Source: Cycas panzhihuaensis
Taxonomy: Eukaryota > Plantae > Cycadophyta
NCBI GenBank assembly: GCA_023213395.1
Contig: CM041465.1
Span: 107,019,741-107,083,740, forward strand
Reading direction: 5' to 3'
Length of the DNA: 64,000 bases
Shown: one piece after another, positions 39,070 through 53,638 of the stretch
Layout of the letters: every line of letters starts with the position of its first letter
Position numbering within the stretch: position 1 is the first letter of the stretch
Made by a program: the position numbers and the translations under genes
Notes under the pieces: model-generated
Told to the model about the DNA's origin: nothing
What the model saw: the letters and a program-made list of their open reading frames with translations, nothing else
The model's database searches: none

Positions 39070-42000
39070 TGTTAATTTAATGCAGAGAAATTCAAAATGA
39101 AAGAGAATTTTGAAAGTGACTTGTATTCCTTTGGAGACATGATCTCCTTAAATATACATCATTTTTTGTAATCGTTGTACCTTGACTTGTAACTGATTTT
39201 TCTTCAAGTGACACGTCATTTGATTTGGTGTAAGTTACATAATGATGGTTTATAACTTTCCCCTTTATATTATTTAGATAAAACATTATATTTTAACACC
39301 CTCTCTTAATGTTTTATCTCTTTCAGACCTATTCTATCTCTTAAAATTTGAAATCTCTCCTTTCCAAGAGGTTTTGTTAACAAATCTGTAATTTGCTATG
39401 TAGTGGGGCAATATTCCAATTTGATTTTTTTATTGTGAACCTTTTCTCTTATAAAGTGATGGTGCACCTCTATATGCTTTGTTTTGGCATGAAGAATTGG
39501 ATTCTTGGTTACCTTGATAGCATTTTGATTGTCATAGTGTAGAACTGTTGCTTGATTTTGTTGTTGTTCCAACTCAACTAGTAGTTATCTTAGCCAGACC
39601 ACTTCATATGCTGCTATTATGATTGTTTTGTATTCAACTTTAATTGATGAGAGTGCAAATGTGGGTTGTTTCTTGTTATACTAAGAGATTGCAACATAAC
39701 CCAAGAAGAAACAATACTTAGTTATGGATTTCCTTTGTTCTTTGTCTCCTACCCAATCAGAGTCATAGTATTCTATCAATTCTGCTAGTCTTTCTCATGG
39801 ATAGATCAGTTTTAGATCTATTGTTCCCTGCAGATATCTTAATATTCTTCTTGCCACTTTCCAATGTCTCACTTTGGGTTCCTGCATGTACCTGGAGACT
39901 ACCCCTACTGAGTATGATATATCTGGCCTGGTGGCTGTAAGATATATCAAGCTTCCGATAAATTGCCTGTACAAAGTGGTGTCTACTGATTGTTCTTCTT
40001 TTTCTGCAGTCATTTTGCTATTTGCCTCCATGGTTATTGCGTAAGGATTACAATCCATCATTCAGAATTTGATCAACAGATCCTTTATATATTTACTTTG
40101 AGAGAAAGTAATGTGATTATGTTGTTGATTTACTTCCAATCCCAGATAATAGTTGAGAAGGCACAGGTCTGTCATTTCAAACTTCCTTTCAAGTTGCTTT
40201 TTTATGTCTATGATATATTCTTCATCATTTCTTATGAGAATCATATCATCTATATAAACAACAATTATTGTGATCAATCCATTCCTCTTCCTTGTATATA
40301 GATTGGAATTAGAATTGCAACATTGAAAATCATTTCAACACAGATGCATGTCCAATTTAGCACACCAAGTTCGGGAGCTTGTTTTAGTCCATATAGGGCC
40401 TTTTTTAGTTTACATACTAAATGCTCCTATCCTTCTTTAATGTATCCTTCAGGATGTGCCATGTAAACTTCTTCTTCCAATTCTCCATTCAAGAAGGTAC
40501 TTTTTACATTTAATTGAAAAACTTTTCAATTATATAAGGCAGCTAGTGCAATTATAGTTCTTACTATATCCAACTTGGCCACAAGAGAGAAGGTTTTTTC
40601 AAAGTCAACTCCTGTTGTTTGAGTATATCCTTTCGCAACAAGGTGAGCCTTGTGTTTTTCCACTTTTCCATTGGCTCCCTCTTTGACTTTATAGACCCAT
40701 TTGCAATTCACCATTGGCTTGTTGGGAGGTAGTTCCATTGGATCCCATGTTTGGTTTTTGATAATTGAATCCATTTTGGAATCCATTACTGCTCGCCATT
40801 TTCGTTGATCTCTGACTTCCTGGAAGGATTGTGGTTCAATCCTAATGAGCAAGGCCCTAGGCTTATGGCTCCTTGTTTTGTATTCAAGCACATTTTCTTC
40901 CTCCTCCTCCTGTTTTGATGAACCATTTGGGCAGTTTCTTTTCTTTTCTCAACTCTTCTTTGGTCCTTGATACTTCTGTCAGTTGCTCTGTGGATGAGCT
41001 TTCTCCTTCTGTTGATTGCTCTGAGCTTTCTCCTTCGGCTGACTCTGTATAAATTAGAGAAGATTCTGTGAATGGAACTTCCTCTGTGGTGATTTCAGAA
41101 GTTTCTTCTGTGATCACTTTGTGACCTGAATCTCTTGTTCTTTCTTCAATTATCTTCATCTGAGACTGACCACTTAAGTTGTCTTCTCCATTGAAGACAA
41201 TATCTCTACTTACATATATTTTATTTGTTTTCGGATCAATGCATTTGTAAGCTTTTGAGTTTTTGCTCTATCCTATCATGATACATTTTATGCTTTTTGT
41301 ATCAAGTTTTGATCTTCTCTTATCTGGTATATGAACAAAGGCCTGGCTACCAAATATCTTAAAAGAATTGACATTGGGTTTCTTAGCTAACTAGGCTTCT
41401 TCAGGTGTGATAGTTTCCAAAGTTTTTGTTGGGTTTCTATTTAATAGATATCTAGCAGTGTTGACAGCCTCTGCTCAATATTATTTGGGAACTTGCTTTT
41501 TGTGGACCATGCTGTGAGCCATTTCCATTATAATCCTATTTTTCCTTTCAACAACTCCGTTGGACTATGGTGTATAGGGAGTTGTAACCTATCTACGCAT
41601 TCCATTCAACTTGCAGTAGTTAAAAAGTCCTTTGAGGTGCCACCTGTCTAATCTGATGCACTTTATTTTTGCTTTAGATTCTAATTCTACTTCTGCTTTG
41701 AATTTCTTAAAAATATAAAAAACTTTTGATTTATTTATGGAGGAAATACACCTATACTTTTCGAGTAAAGTCATCAATAAAGGTTAGAAAATATCTGCAA
41801 CCATTTATTGAAAGGGGTGTAAGTGGTCCATAAAGATTTGTATGAATTAATTCAAGCGAGTGAAGTCATCAATAAATGTTAGAAAATATCTACAACCATT
41901 TATTGAAAGGGGTGTAAGTGGTCCATAAAGATCTATATGAATTAATTCAAACTTGGTTTGTGCCTGTCATTTGCTTTCTTTAAATTGAAATCAATGCTGT

Positions 42001-43990
42001 TTACCAAATTGACACCTTTTATAGATAAAACTATCAGAAGAGATGTGAGGCAAACCATTCACCATGCCAAAATTTTCCATTATTTTTAATGTTTCTATTA
42101 GAAGATGTCCATACCTTAAATGCCACACTTTATTATTAGAATTTGTAGCAGTACAAGCTTTCAAGTCTAGATTGGGCATCACAGGATCTGACATCAGTTT
42201 ATACAGATCATTACATCTTATGCCTTTAGCTATTGTTACCCCATTATTTTTCATAGCTAGTATGTGACAATGGCCTTCCTCATCAAATATAGTTCTTAGT
42301 CCCTTTTTGATAAGTTGTGAGGCAGACAAAAGATTCATTTTTAATCCAGGGACTAATAGTACATTGTTAATTTTCTTTACATCTCCTTGTAGGTTAATGG
42401 CAATGGTGCTTACTCCTTCTGGATATTTATCTCCTAGCTCAACTGATTTGTCTATGTTATAGGGTTTCAGAATTTCAAACCAATCTTCCTGATAAGTCAT
42501 GTGTCGTGAAGCCCCTGAGTTGATGTACCATGTGTCGCCTCCCTTTAGTCCTGCAGGCAATGCGACAATAAATGCTGTTTTTTCTTCTTCCTCAATTTAT
42601 TTTTTGGTATAACTGCCAACTGGACATTTCCCTCTCTGAATATCTGCTCTTTTCTGTAGGCACTGATAGAGATAATGTCCTGACTATTCGCAATAGGGAT
42701 AATGTCCTGACTATTCGCAATGGTAACATACGTCAAATGCTCTATAAACACTGGAGAAATGTCTAGATCTTCTATAACTAAAGCAAATCTTGGAGTCTCT
42801 GCCTCATCCTCGTCCTCTGTTGTCCTGCCATCGACCACAACAGAACTTCTAGTGTCTAGAGTGTGTTCTCTTCCTCGTGTTTGGTCACGTCTCGGAGGTC
42901 CTAAGTTCAACTTGGATGCAAAAGCATCCTCTAATTTAGATGAATCTTCATAGCGCCTGTTTCTCTGTTCCTATCTTAACAATAACCTAGTTAATTCGTC
43001 AGGGGACATAGTATCAATCTGATTGTTGTTTGTTATAGTGTTGATGGTTACATCAAAGGATTTTGGTAGCTTGCTAGCTACCATTTGTACCAACTCTTGC
43101 TCTTGAACAACATCTCCTACACTCAAGAGGCTATTTCTAAGTGAAGTAACTTTATGTATGAATTCAGTTACTGTTTCACTTTCTTTCATGTGAAATTTGT
43201 ATAGATCTTCCTTGAGAGCAAATATTTTTGCTTTGTTCTTTTGGTCAAAGAGATTTTCAAAACATTTTCAGATAGTTGAGGTAGAACTCAATTTTTCTAC
43301 ATACACCAGAAGGGGATCTAAAATAGAAAGCTTCAAAATGATTACTTCTATGTTGTCTCTCTTCCAACTAATCAGCCAAGGATGTACTTGTGTTAGTAGG
43401 TTTAGCTTCTGAACCATTGACAATTTTCCAGGCATTTTTTGCCCTAAGAAGACTTTCTACTTTAATTTTCCAAATATGATAATTTATTTTTGTGAGTTTC
43501 TCTTGATCAGACAAACCTAGGATGGGGGAAGCCATTTTTAATGACAAAATTCTAATTTTGCTAAAGTTGACCGTACGACTGTATAGATTTCTGTACAAAA
43601 CCATAATTGTATAGATGGGTATGAAATGTAGCTCAAAATGAAGCTCTACAAGTGGTGATTCTAGATTTGAAGTTGGTTTTTGAAAACAATGCTCCAAACT
43701 TCAGAAAATTAACCCGAAAGTCAAAGAGGGGCAGCTAGGGTATAAGAGAAACGCTTCAAAAAATCCAAAAAACTCTCCAAACAATTTTGAAACTGGTCTT
43801 AATTCTTTCTGATCATCACGACTCAGGATTTAAGATAGATTTTACCTAAGAAAGTTTGAGATTTCCAATGATTTTTGTAGAGAAGCTCTCCAAACTCATG
43901 CAGATAGAAAATTGTCTGAAAATGCCTCTAAATGACCTCTGATGAAGTCAGGCCAGTTGAGAGAAGTAATGGTGCAGTCAATTTTCTCTC
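39070..43990 (-). mobile_element. Degenerate Ty1/Copia element B (gag-PR-INT-RT-RH, 3' LTR at ~39070-39298; 5' LTR not found)
   Basis: Gag MASPILGLSDQEKLTKINYHIWK (43534), PR WYINSGASRHM, WHLRYGHL, and RT CKWVYKVK, VYIDDMI, IGSLIYLTATRPDISYSV. PPT AAGAGAGGG precedes TGTTAAA at 39298. Confidence 0.9.
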
Positions 43991-44576
43991 TCATAATGGT
44001 GCAGTCAAATTTTGTAATGGTGGTTCTTTGTTTTACAATCCACTTTGTTGATTTGAGTCTGTTGTATAAATGTTAGCCATTCATTTTACAAGAACCAAGT
44101 TGGACTTAGCATGCAACCAAAAGCATTTAGAATTTGGTATGTTGAATACATGGAGAAAATGGCACTTGTCATTAACCGCTTTATTAGATTTGTTGATAAA
44201 AAAGCTTTTGTAGAAAAAGATGGAGGTTTTTTGGAGAGGGCTTTGAAGGCTTCTATGATGCTCTCTATTGCTATCGTGTTGATAGTTTTAATTAAGTGGG
44301 TGTAAAATATCTAGTTCAATGAGGATAAAATATTTAAGATTGCAGCATGGATAGACTATTGTTGATGATTAAGGATACAATGCCATCTCCATACTCTAAG
44401 ATCTTTGTGGTATTTACAATGCTAAATCTGGTGGGAAGCATTTTTTGGTAGTTAGCATGATGTATATAGAATATACAAGGGATCAAAATTGCACCTCAAC
44501 TATCGGTCAACCTTCAATTGTCTAAGTCTAGCAAAGTTTATGTCAATCGACTTGCACTGAATTGCTTCCCCTTGCT

Positions 44577-44813
44577 CTAAGTTTGAGTAGGAGGCAAATA
44601 TCCATTACAAAAACCAAAATGCATGGGCCCTAGGGCTACAATCGCAATGCAAAAAATAACAATTATAGCATTCCCTTGCAAGGTTACAACATCAACACTT
44701 TTTCTGCCTTTACTACTACGACCCTTGTGTTTACTGCGTCGACTTCCCTTACTATGCAACAAAGGTTGCTTTATGTCACCATTGCCAAACCCACTCCCAC
44801 TCTCATTCTCCAA
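44577..44813 (-). pseudogene. N-terminal fragment of an ERD6-like (ERDL4/6-type) monosaccharide transporter
   Basis: DIKQPLLH...IVIFCIAIVALGPMHFGFCNGYLPPTQ resembles ERD6-like DLR.P(F/L)LH...CVLIVALGPIQFGFT.GYSSPTQ. A stop codon follows, and no further exons were recognised. Confidence 0.7.
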
Positions 44814-45399
44814 ATCCTCTTATAAACCTCACTCTCTACTGCGGCCTCATCTTACCAAATTCAAAGCTGATTGAAGATCTTCAAAATGAGTTTTGGAGAT
44901 TGATTTATGGAGTTAAATAGCCACAATTCAACTAGAGAAATTTTGTTGTAACCAAGCAACCAATGGTCTCAATTTTGTTAAATATTAGAGAGTCTAGATG
45001 ATTTGAAATGTTCTTCAAGCCATTGATACGACGATGATAACAATCACGAGGAGGATTGTATGATTGGTAAAGCTGAAGAGTTGCATTCAAAAGAAAATGT
45101 AGAGATAGAATCAATTTGACAAAGCTATAAGAATTTGATCGATGCAGTTGCCATACAACCAAAATCTGCCAATGGAAAAAGTTAGGCTAAAAAAGTATTT
45201 TTATGTTTGTAATGTTTTTTCTTTTTTCTTTTTTTTTTAATGAAGTTATTTTTAATGTCGTTTTGGGTTCCATAAGTCCCCTCATGTGTGAAGCCCGTAG
45301 TTGTGTGTGTTAAAAAGGGCTAAGTCATTTTCTGAGTTACTGGAGGGTCATCTACTAAAACATATAATACCTTATTGTAATTTTTTGTGTTCTTTGTAT

Positions 45400-47502
45400 T
45401 TAACATGGTCATATGGGCAAATTTTGGCTCCCTATGTGGAGTTCGTTGACTTAGCATAATTCCTCGACACTTTGCGTAGTGATTAAGGATTATAACTAGG
45501 AGTATGTCTTCATCAAAGTGTTTTATACTTAGTCTTTCTTTCTATTGTATTATTTTTCACAGATGTTGGGAGGAAGTTTGTTTTCTCCTTTAGGCAAACT
45601 TACAGGTGTTGAAAATTATAGCACCTAGAAACATCAGGTGATGAACCTATTATGGATAAATGGCTTATGGTTGTTAGTGTAGGGGAAAGCCTCAAAATTG
45701 GATGAGAAAACTACCACACAATTAGAGAAAGTTGAATATGAAAGCAAATTCAATTATGCATTGGGGTTAATAAACGTGTTTATTAGTGGATCTTTGGTAA
45801 ACAATGTTAGAAATCCTGACACCTAAAGAAACATGGGACTCAATTGTTTTTGTTTTTGAAACAAAAAATTATACGAAAATAATGCTACTAAAGAATCATT
45901 TATACAACTTAAAAAAATGACAGATTCTTTAATAGAACATCTTCAGGTAGTCAAAAACATAAGCAATCAAGTAGAAAACATTGGAGAAGTTATGGATGAT
46001 AAATATCTTATTGTTATTGTGCTTAGAAGTTTGTTAAGCAAATTTAGTAACTTTCTATCAAGTTGTTATTTATCAGAGAAGGCAGAAAAACTACTTTTAA
46101 TGAATTGGAAGTATTACTTCTTCAACATGAATAAATCTTAGTGGATAATATAAGAAAATCCTCAGGAGCCTTCTCAACTAAGTCGAAAGAAAAAAACATT
46201 ATTAAAGAACTTCAGCAACAACTACCTTCAATTCAAAAAGTTTAATATAAATTATGCTTTTATTGTAATAAACTAGGTCATTTTCAAAAAGAACTATAAG
46301 AAATGGCATGTTGATCTTACCAAAAAAAAGAAAGATCGGGGACATCTTTTTGATGATGAGTTATTCAGTTCATTTCAAATTAGCAAAAAGTTCTTCTTGA
46401 TAGCTACCTAGAACAATTTGAGAGATGCATGGTACATTGATTTAAGAGGCTTCTAAACATATGATTGTTAGGATTGATTGGTTTAGACATATGTAGGAAG
46501 CGGTTGGCCATCTTGTTACATTAGGAAACAATGTAATGCTCAAGGTAAAGGAGATAAGAGTGGTCCCATTCATTACTCTTGATGGAGAAAATTATTACAT
46601 TGAAAATGTAATGTATGTGCCAGGACTGGAAGTAAATTTGATCTTAGTTAGTCAAATCGAGGACAGTAAGATGAGTGTACTCTTTAAAGATGGTGAAACC
46701 ACTATTCAAGATCAAGAAGGTAAAATTGTTACATAAGGTGTGAAAGATGGTGGTTTGTATTGGCTTCTAAGTAAATCTATAAACTAGAAATCCTTATCTG
46801 CTGACATATCTTGTAAATCTCAATCATGGCATAAAAGAATGGGCTATTTAGATTACACTAGTCTTTTAATTAATGAATAAATTAAGAATTGTACATGGCC
46901 TTCTAAAACTAAATGTATTAAAATGCACTTGTGATTCTTGCATAATTCAACATAAAGAAAAGGTATCTAAAGACAAAAGTGTATTTGAAAAGTTGGGCCT
47001 TGTGCACTCATATATTTGTCCTTTAACATCCACTTCATGTGGAGATATAAAATATCTTCTATCTTTCATGAATAACTATTCTAGGAAAATTTGGGTTTAT
47101 TCTTTGAAGGAAAGGTCTTCGTTGTTTAAGACATTTAAGGACTTTAAAGCAAAAGTGGAGAAGTAAAGTAGACAAAGAATCAATGTATTAAGGTCAAATA
47201 ATGGGGGAGAATTTACCTCCAGAATCTTTGTCTAGTTTTGGAAGGACCATGACATCAGACAATTGACATTAGCATACTTTCATTAGGATAGGTTAGCTAG
47301 GAGAACAAACAGGATATTGGTTGAAAAGGCCAAGGTGTTGATGAAGGGTAAGAATCTCTTAGACATCTTTTGGGCAGAAGTACTTGGTACAACAACTTTC
47401 TTGACAAACAAGAGCATAACTAAAGTTGTACAGGATAAAACACCTGAAGAAGCATGGTCAGGTCATAAGCTTATACTTAGTCATCTTAGAATCTTTAGAA
47501 GT
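45400..47502 (+). mobile_element. Degenerate Ty1/Copia element C (gag-PR-INT), cut by element 3
   Basis: Gag KLTG.ENY..(W)K, PR WYID..AS.HM (~46430), and INT YSRKIWVYSLKE...KTPEEAWSGHK..LSHLRIF, which ends at the element 3 LTR. No continuation found; start approximate. Confidence 0.8.
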
Positions 47503-50379
47503 TGTTTCAATCAACAATGTCCTTCTTTGGATAACAACCAGGTCTCTTGTTTTTTGTTTGTTGTTGGGATTTAGCTACTTGATTGCATGGTAGTATAAAG
47601 GCTTCTTGGCATTACCACTACTTGAAATCATACTGGTTGTGATTGTGCTTGACGTATATTGCTAATGATTGAAAGATCATTATTGTGTCTAATGAATTAA
47701 GTCCCACTTGAAGTGCTCCAAATTCATTCATCTTATCAATCTAATTATTGATTTTATAATATTATTTTCTCCTTAATTATCCCTCTAATGACTTAATTGA
47801 CTCCTTTTTTAATCAAATTATTCTTTTGTAATGCATTTCCCCTTTGAAAATTTCAAATTCTGGCTAAAAAATCTTCATTTTTGCAAAAAAACCATTCATC
47901 ATGTTTTTCACACATTCATCATGTTTTTGGCCACATTTATTGAGTTTTTCATCTATTTGTTGCATTTTTTATCACATTCATCATGTTTTTTACACCATTG
48001 TTGCGTTTTTCACCCATTTGTCATGTTTTTTACTATTTATCACATTTTTATCTTTTTGCCCACTAAAAATATTTACCAACAACAAGCCACCATTTTTTGC
48101 CGTTGGGATTTCTTTCTCGTAGGCATCCACTAATCCTCTCTGCTTGATTTTGCCATTAGTTTGTCCATAATTTCCTTATATAAATATAGAACTCTCACAT
48201 AGTTTTAGGCAATCTTAGAAAGTAGAAACAAGCGGAGTTAGAAAAATCAAGTTTGAAGTTCAAGTTTTGAATCAGTTTAATGTCAAATCTTGTCTAGAAT
48301 TTTAGTTTTTCTCTTGCACGTCTATATTGGAGCTCAATCTTGAGGAGATTTTGGGGAAAAGATTAAGGGATATTGTATAATTTTCTTAGGTTATGAAGAG
48401 CTTTCATTCTTTCTTTTAAGCCTTCATTTCTTCTAGATCTAAGCAAGCTTTAAGAAGTTGGAGCTGAAGTATTTCTTCCTTCATTCTCTCCTTTTACCCT
48501 TAATATTCTTCTATTTTCCCTATTCTTTCTCTTATTTGTTTCAAGATTATTCCCTGTTTTCTTCTTCATCATCCCTTTCCTTCTGTCAATCAGATTGAAA
48601 GACTGATTTGGGAGCACATGATAGGCCAAGGACACTAATCTAAGGCACTTTTCTCTTTTTGTAAGCAGTCTTTTTAAGGTAAACTTCTGTATTGTTTAAG
48701 TTTTTCTTTTTTATTTGTTATCTTTATTACAAGATAGTAAAAAGAAAAGGATCTTGATTGGTTTCTTTTTAGTTTGATTTTTATCAAGTTGTCTTTCTGT
48801 AGTTTATTTTCTAACTTTCCATTTGCTAGAATATTTGTCTTTCTCTTTCAAATCCCTAGTTATAAGATAGGGCTCTATTTAAAGATAATCAAGAACTACA
48901 TCAATAGGTAATTTTCTGTTTCTCCTTTACTTTTACAATTTATCCAAGTTCTTTCTCCTTTTGTAAAGGTGAAGAAGAATCTTAACTAGGACAATCATAA
49001 GAACAACAAAAGAACCTTTTTATTTCCCTTGGTTTTACTTCATTTCCTTTTAATAAGAAAAGAAGAAAAGAAAAATAAAAAAAGCATTTAGCCTATATTA
49101 GGGTACATATTCATATTGTATTATGCTTAAATTACTTTGTTCTATCTTTTGACTGCTTGTTCATGTAAATACAAAGCTGCATATAGATTTGCATTAAGGA
49201 TTGACTGCTTGTTAGTCTCCTTAGAATAGGCCTGCTTCTATTTGTTAAGATTTTGTTGATTGACCGAGTAGTGATTCTCTTGGCATATCAACCCTACCCT
49301 TCTCTTAGAAGCAACTATGTCTCGTTGTGAGGGAGTCTTTAATTGATCGGGCCTTCATCTCCTCAACATATTAGACCCTCTCTCCTTTGGGAGTCATTAC
49401 AACTCCAATTGTGTTTTGAATGCCAAAAGTAGTAGTCCACCATAACACTTTGGGTTGAGAGCGACATCCTTGTTCTCCTTCATCTCTAAATGTAAGAGTC
49501 CATTAGAATCAGATGTGGGCATCCCTGGGTTGTCCATCCTCACGAATGGATCATCATTGGGTGAGTGAGTCCCCAACAATTGACCCTCTATAGAGTTGTT
49601 AATCTAGGGTCTCATCTGTCCTGGATCTTCACATTCGTTAGTCCTCCCTTTCCTTAGTATAGAAGTACATAGCATTTTTTTTAGGGTGGGTTTGAAGTCT
49701 AGGACTCCATCTTCCGTCTGAAACTTAGAAAGGGTAGAAGAGTCAGAAGCCATAAGACATTGATTAGGGAATAGTTTCCTTCAACACACCCCTTGCCAGA
49801 CAAGGGACTGATTACTTTTCTCTCCAACAAAAAAGAGATTTTGATCTTAGTTTGTTCATTGTATTTTATTTTAAAATATTTTAATTTTTAATATAAATAA
49901 AAAATACTCTTGTACAATCTTGATTTTTGCATCTTATCCACATCCTCCATGGATATTCAATTGCATGTGCCTTAACCTTCTTCAATCGTGCCTCCTCAAT
50001 AGATTTTATACATATCAAGAATGGAGCAACCTAATGTTCAATCACATGTTGTATACTCTTGGCAACTGTATACTACTAGTTATGGACCATGTCCTGTAGT
50101 TAACCCATAATATCTCTCTAGCCAACCTGTTGGCTATGAACCACACTTTCTTCAGATGCCTCAAGAATTGCCTATATCTCATCTCCAAATCCCTCCGGTA
50201 CCTCTTTATGAGAAAAACCTACCTTGGGTTGCTTCTACTTATTCCTATGCCCATATTCCATTGCAAGAGTCTATTGATTGGGTGCCTCTTGATCATACAT
50301 CTCGATTGGGCATAAGCTATATTAGTTATGCTCAAGTCCATTAATAATCCCCTTCTCATATGACCATAACACTTGAAGA

Positions 50380-50640
50380 TAAGCTTGTAAACATGAAGAG
50401 CCCCTTTCCATGTGAGGTTTCTCTTTATTGCCTTCCCCCTATCATTCTTAAGTTACCTACAATTTGGGGGATACTTGGGCAAGATCCTTTAAGTCACATT
50501 GAAGCATTCATCTTTGCATGTGATTACTATATGCCCAGTGATCTCTTATTAATGAAACTTTTCCCAAGGACACTACGGGGTAGTGCACTTTGGTGGTTTT
50601 ACCAGTTACCTTAGAACTCAATCTCCTCATTTCAATAACC
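50380..50640 (+). pseudogene. Retrotransposon gag remnant of element 3
   Basis: QDPLSHIEAFIFACDYY..DLLLMKLFPRTLRGSALWWFYQLP*NSISSF, homologous to the gag of elements 1 and 2. Confidence 0.85.
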
Positions 50641-53638
50641 GATGGATGTCTTTAGAAGTGACTTCGATGTCACTTGCCCCTTTTCAAACGAACAAAAGGC
50701 CCTCTTTGCAATCAAGTGAAATGATAATGAATCTGAAGCCACTTTTCATGAGTGTGCTATGGATTTTAAAGATGTATGTGCAACTCAAATTCTTGAAGAA
50801 CTACTTCATCAAATCTATAAATTTTCTATTCAACAAACCCATCAACATGTAACTTCACTAGTTTCTCACCAGGTGGAGCCTCTTGATACTAATCTTAAAA
50901 TGGTTAGAATAATCATATACTCAAGCCTAATTTTGTTAGAAGAATGCGACACTAATTTGTGTCATACAGAGGTAGTTACCCAATCGATGTCTACCACTAC
51001 TCCCTCACAATAGGATCTAGGGTCATCGATTGCGACTAGTCTCATCAATAGCTTCCTTATTTGTGACACTACAAATTCTTCTATATCTCTCCCTGAGTTA
51101 GGTTGCGAGCCCTTTTTAGATTGGTCTATCCTTGAAATAAACTCTCAACCTACAAATAAAGACTCTAGTTCCTCTAACAGTGATAAGGTCTCATAACCTC
51201 TCATTGACCTATCTTCTAGTTCTGATTCAAAGCTACCTGAAGAAACTGGCCGTGATCCCTTTAGTCAACTAAATGAGCCTTCTCTTGAGTATGATACTTG
51301 TCTTGATGAGGTTTTAAATGTTTTTACTAAGCCTTTAGCTACTCCTAACTTTCAGGCTTAGGGGTCCTACTTTTGTGGCCTTAGCCTACTAGATTGGGAA
51401 AATTGCCCTTTAGAAATTACTAAACTTAAGCCATTGGAAGAGAAGATTCAACCCCAAGATGATGGTATCATCTTGTCCATTTCCACTACAGATCAACCTA
51501 CCACACATGTTCCTTTAGGGTTAGACTTGATTCATATGGCCTTTCTCTCATCTTAGGCACACCTACTATATCCATACTCAAGATGATTCAATGAGTACTT
51601 GCCTTGTCTTCCACCACATGCCCACTAGGGCAAGTTAGGGTCCTATAAGCTAGTTCAAACATAAGGCCTTTTTCTCACCTATCTTTTCAAGATCTTCCAT
51701 TGAGTCCTTCTAATAATGATTTAGAGAGCCCCCTTTCAAATACTTTGCCTGAGTCACATTATAAGGAGGTCTCTTTGGTAAGAGATAACACAACTCTTGA
51801 GAAGACTTTTCAAGATGTTCCTTTAACTCATACCAATTCTTGTCATGAGCTAATTCCATATAGCCCACCCTCCACCTATGAGCATCTTATGCAATATCCT
51901 TGTAAGGTTAAGACCACTTTGGAATAGTTTGTACACCCTCCCTTCCAAATTCCCCTTAAGCCAATTCTATTTCCCTCTAAGGAAAGGAATTCAATGTCAT
52001 TGGGAACAACCTTTTCTATAGGTTCAATACCAACTAGTAAGCTAATGCCTTTCTTAGAATCTTCCTCTAATGAGAAGAGTTAGTTTAAGGATCCCTCTAA
52101 TAAGTTATCTCTTGATTTTACCCAAGATTATAATGGCACGATGCCTTTGCATCTTCTTGTGATTGTAACGTCCCATTCCATCCCAAGGCCTTTACCTTGG
52201 TTGTTCTTTCCTTTATACTTTGATAACCAGTTTCTCACTTGCGCGACAAGTTTTAAGGCAACCTCCTTTATTGAAGGTTCTTCTGATTGAGATAGAGTTC
52301 TTATTCATCCAGACAACCTTTGCTCCATCATGAATCTAGGCCTATACTAACTTTGCAATGAGTATAAACTACGACTTCGAAAATCCTCCTACTAATGAGC
52401 ATAAACTATGGTAGATCAAGCATTTCACCCTTCCCCTAATGCTCATGCTTAGGGGGCACTACTTTGAAAACAAATATAAACTAAATGTAGAGACTTCACT
52501 ATCCAAAAAATACCAAAAAGAAATAAAAAAATTTAAAAACAAACAAAACTAAAAATTACACTTGTATTATTCTCTTGCTCTCCCCTGACTTTGGCTCATT
52601 ATGATGACCTTTGGTTGTTGATACAAGTAGTTGGCTCCTATGTTAGGTGTTCTCTAATACCCAACTAATCTCTCTTATTTTATAATAGTCTACCAACATA
52701 TCTAACAATCTAGAGGTTTCCTTTTATCCTTCAATAGTCTAAAATGATTCTTGAATAGCAAGGTAGTTGATGTATCATTTATACAATTTACAAATTGTGT
52801 TACAAACAAACTTTTATTCACACATGCAACCTTTCTTAATTTTACTTTTGCCATCTTTTACTAGATACCTAATACTAAGGCCAATTCTATTGACAATACC
52901 CCTCCTACTTCTTGATAATAAGTTGCTCAAAGGCCAATCCCTTGCCCCTCAGAGATACTTTGATCGAACATCCTATATACACCCATGGTTTATCTCTTAA
53001 GGGCGTGATCTTGGTCTTCTCCTTATATATATCCTTCAAAACCCTAATCCCCCATGGTTTGGCTAATCATTACCATTCTTTCCTAAGTTTGTAATCACAT
53101 TCATCCATCACATCTAAATGAAAATCGCGTGATGGTCATAGTCACCTGTTCCTGAATAGGCATGAGAGTAGATGAGATGAGTTATCTAGAAAGTGGGTTC
53201 AACAATGTTTGGTTCACCATTACCCTCATCTGAATTTTCCTATGGAGTGACACCCTTACTTAAAAAAATAAAAGGAAAAGAGAAAGAAAAGTAAAAATGG
53301 GTATATATTGTATATAACAGTTAGCAACCTCTTGGCATCTGGGGCTAGTCGCATGTAGACTTTGTGCCCACCTAAATCATGTAGTTTGGATTCAATTGTA
53401 TGTGTCATATAGGAGCTTTGAATCCAGCTGCTTGGGCCCATCGTGACCTTAATTGTGTTCAAAACCTATTCGACATATGGAAGGTTATACTATGAATTAG
53501 GAAAATGGTGGCCCTCATGATGAAACCAAACTGTGAAGTCCTTGTTTTTACTAAGACTAAGTCACAATCTTGACAGTTGATTCCTGCACCTTCCTTATAT
53601 TCGTTAGCCTATCTTTGAGCTTGTACTATTTCCCTAAT

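Noticed and set aside
52390-52415. CTAATGAG / TGACGAG motifs as hammerhead ribozyme cores
   Set aside because: They are followed by TAAAC rather than GAAA, and no helix II or III could be formed by eye.
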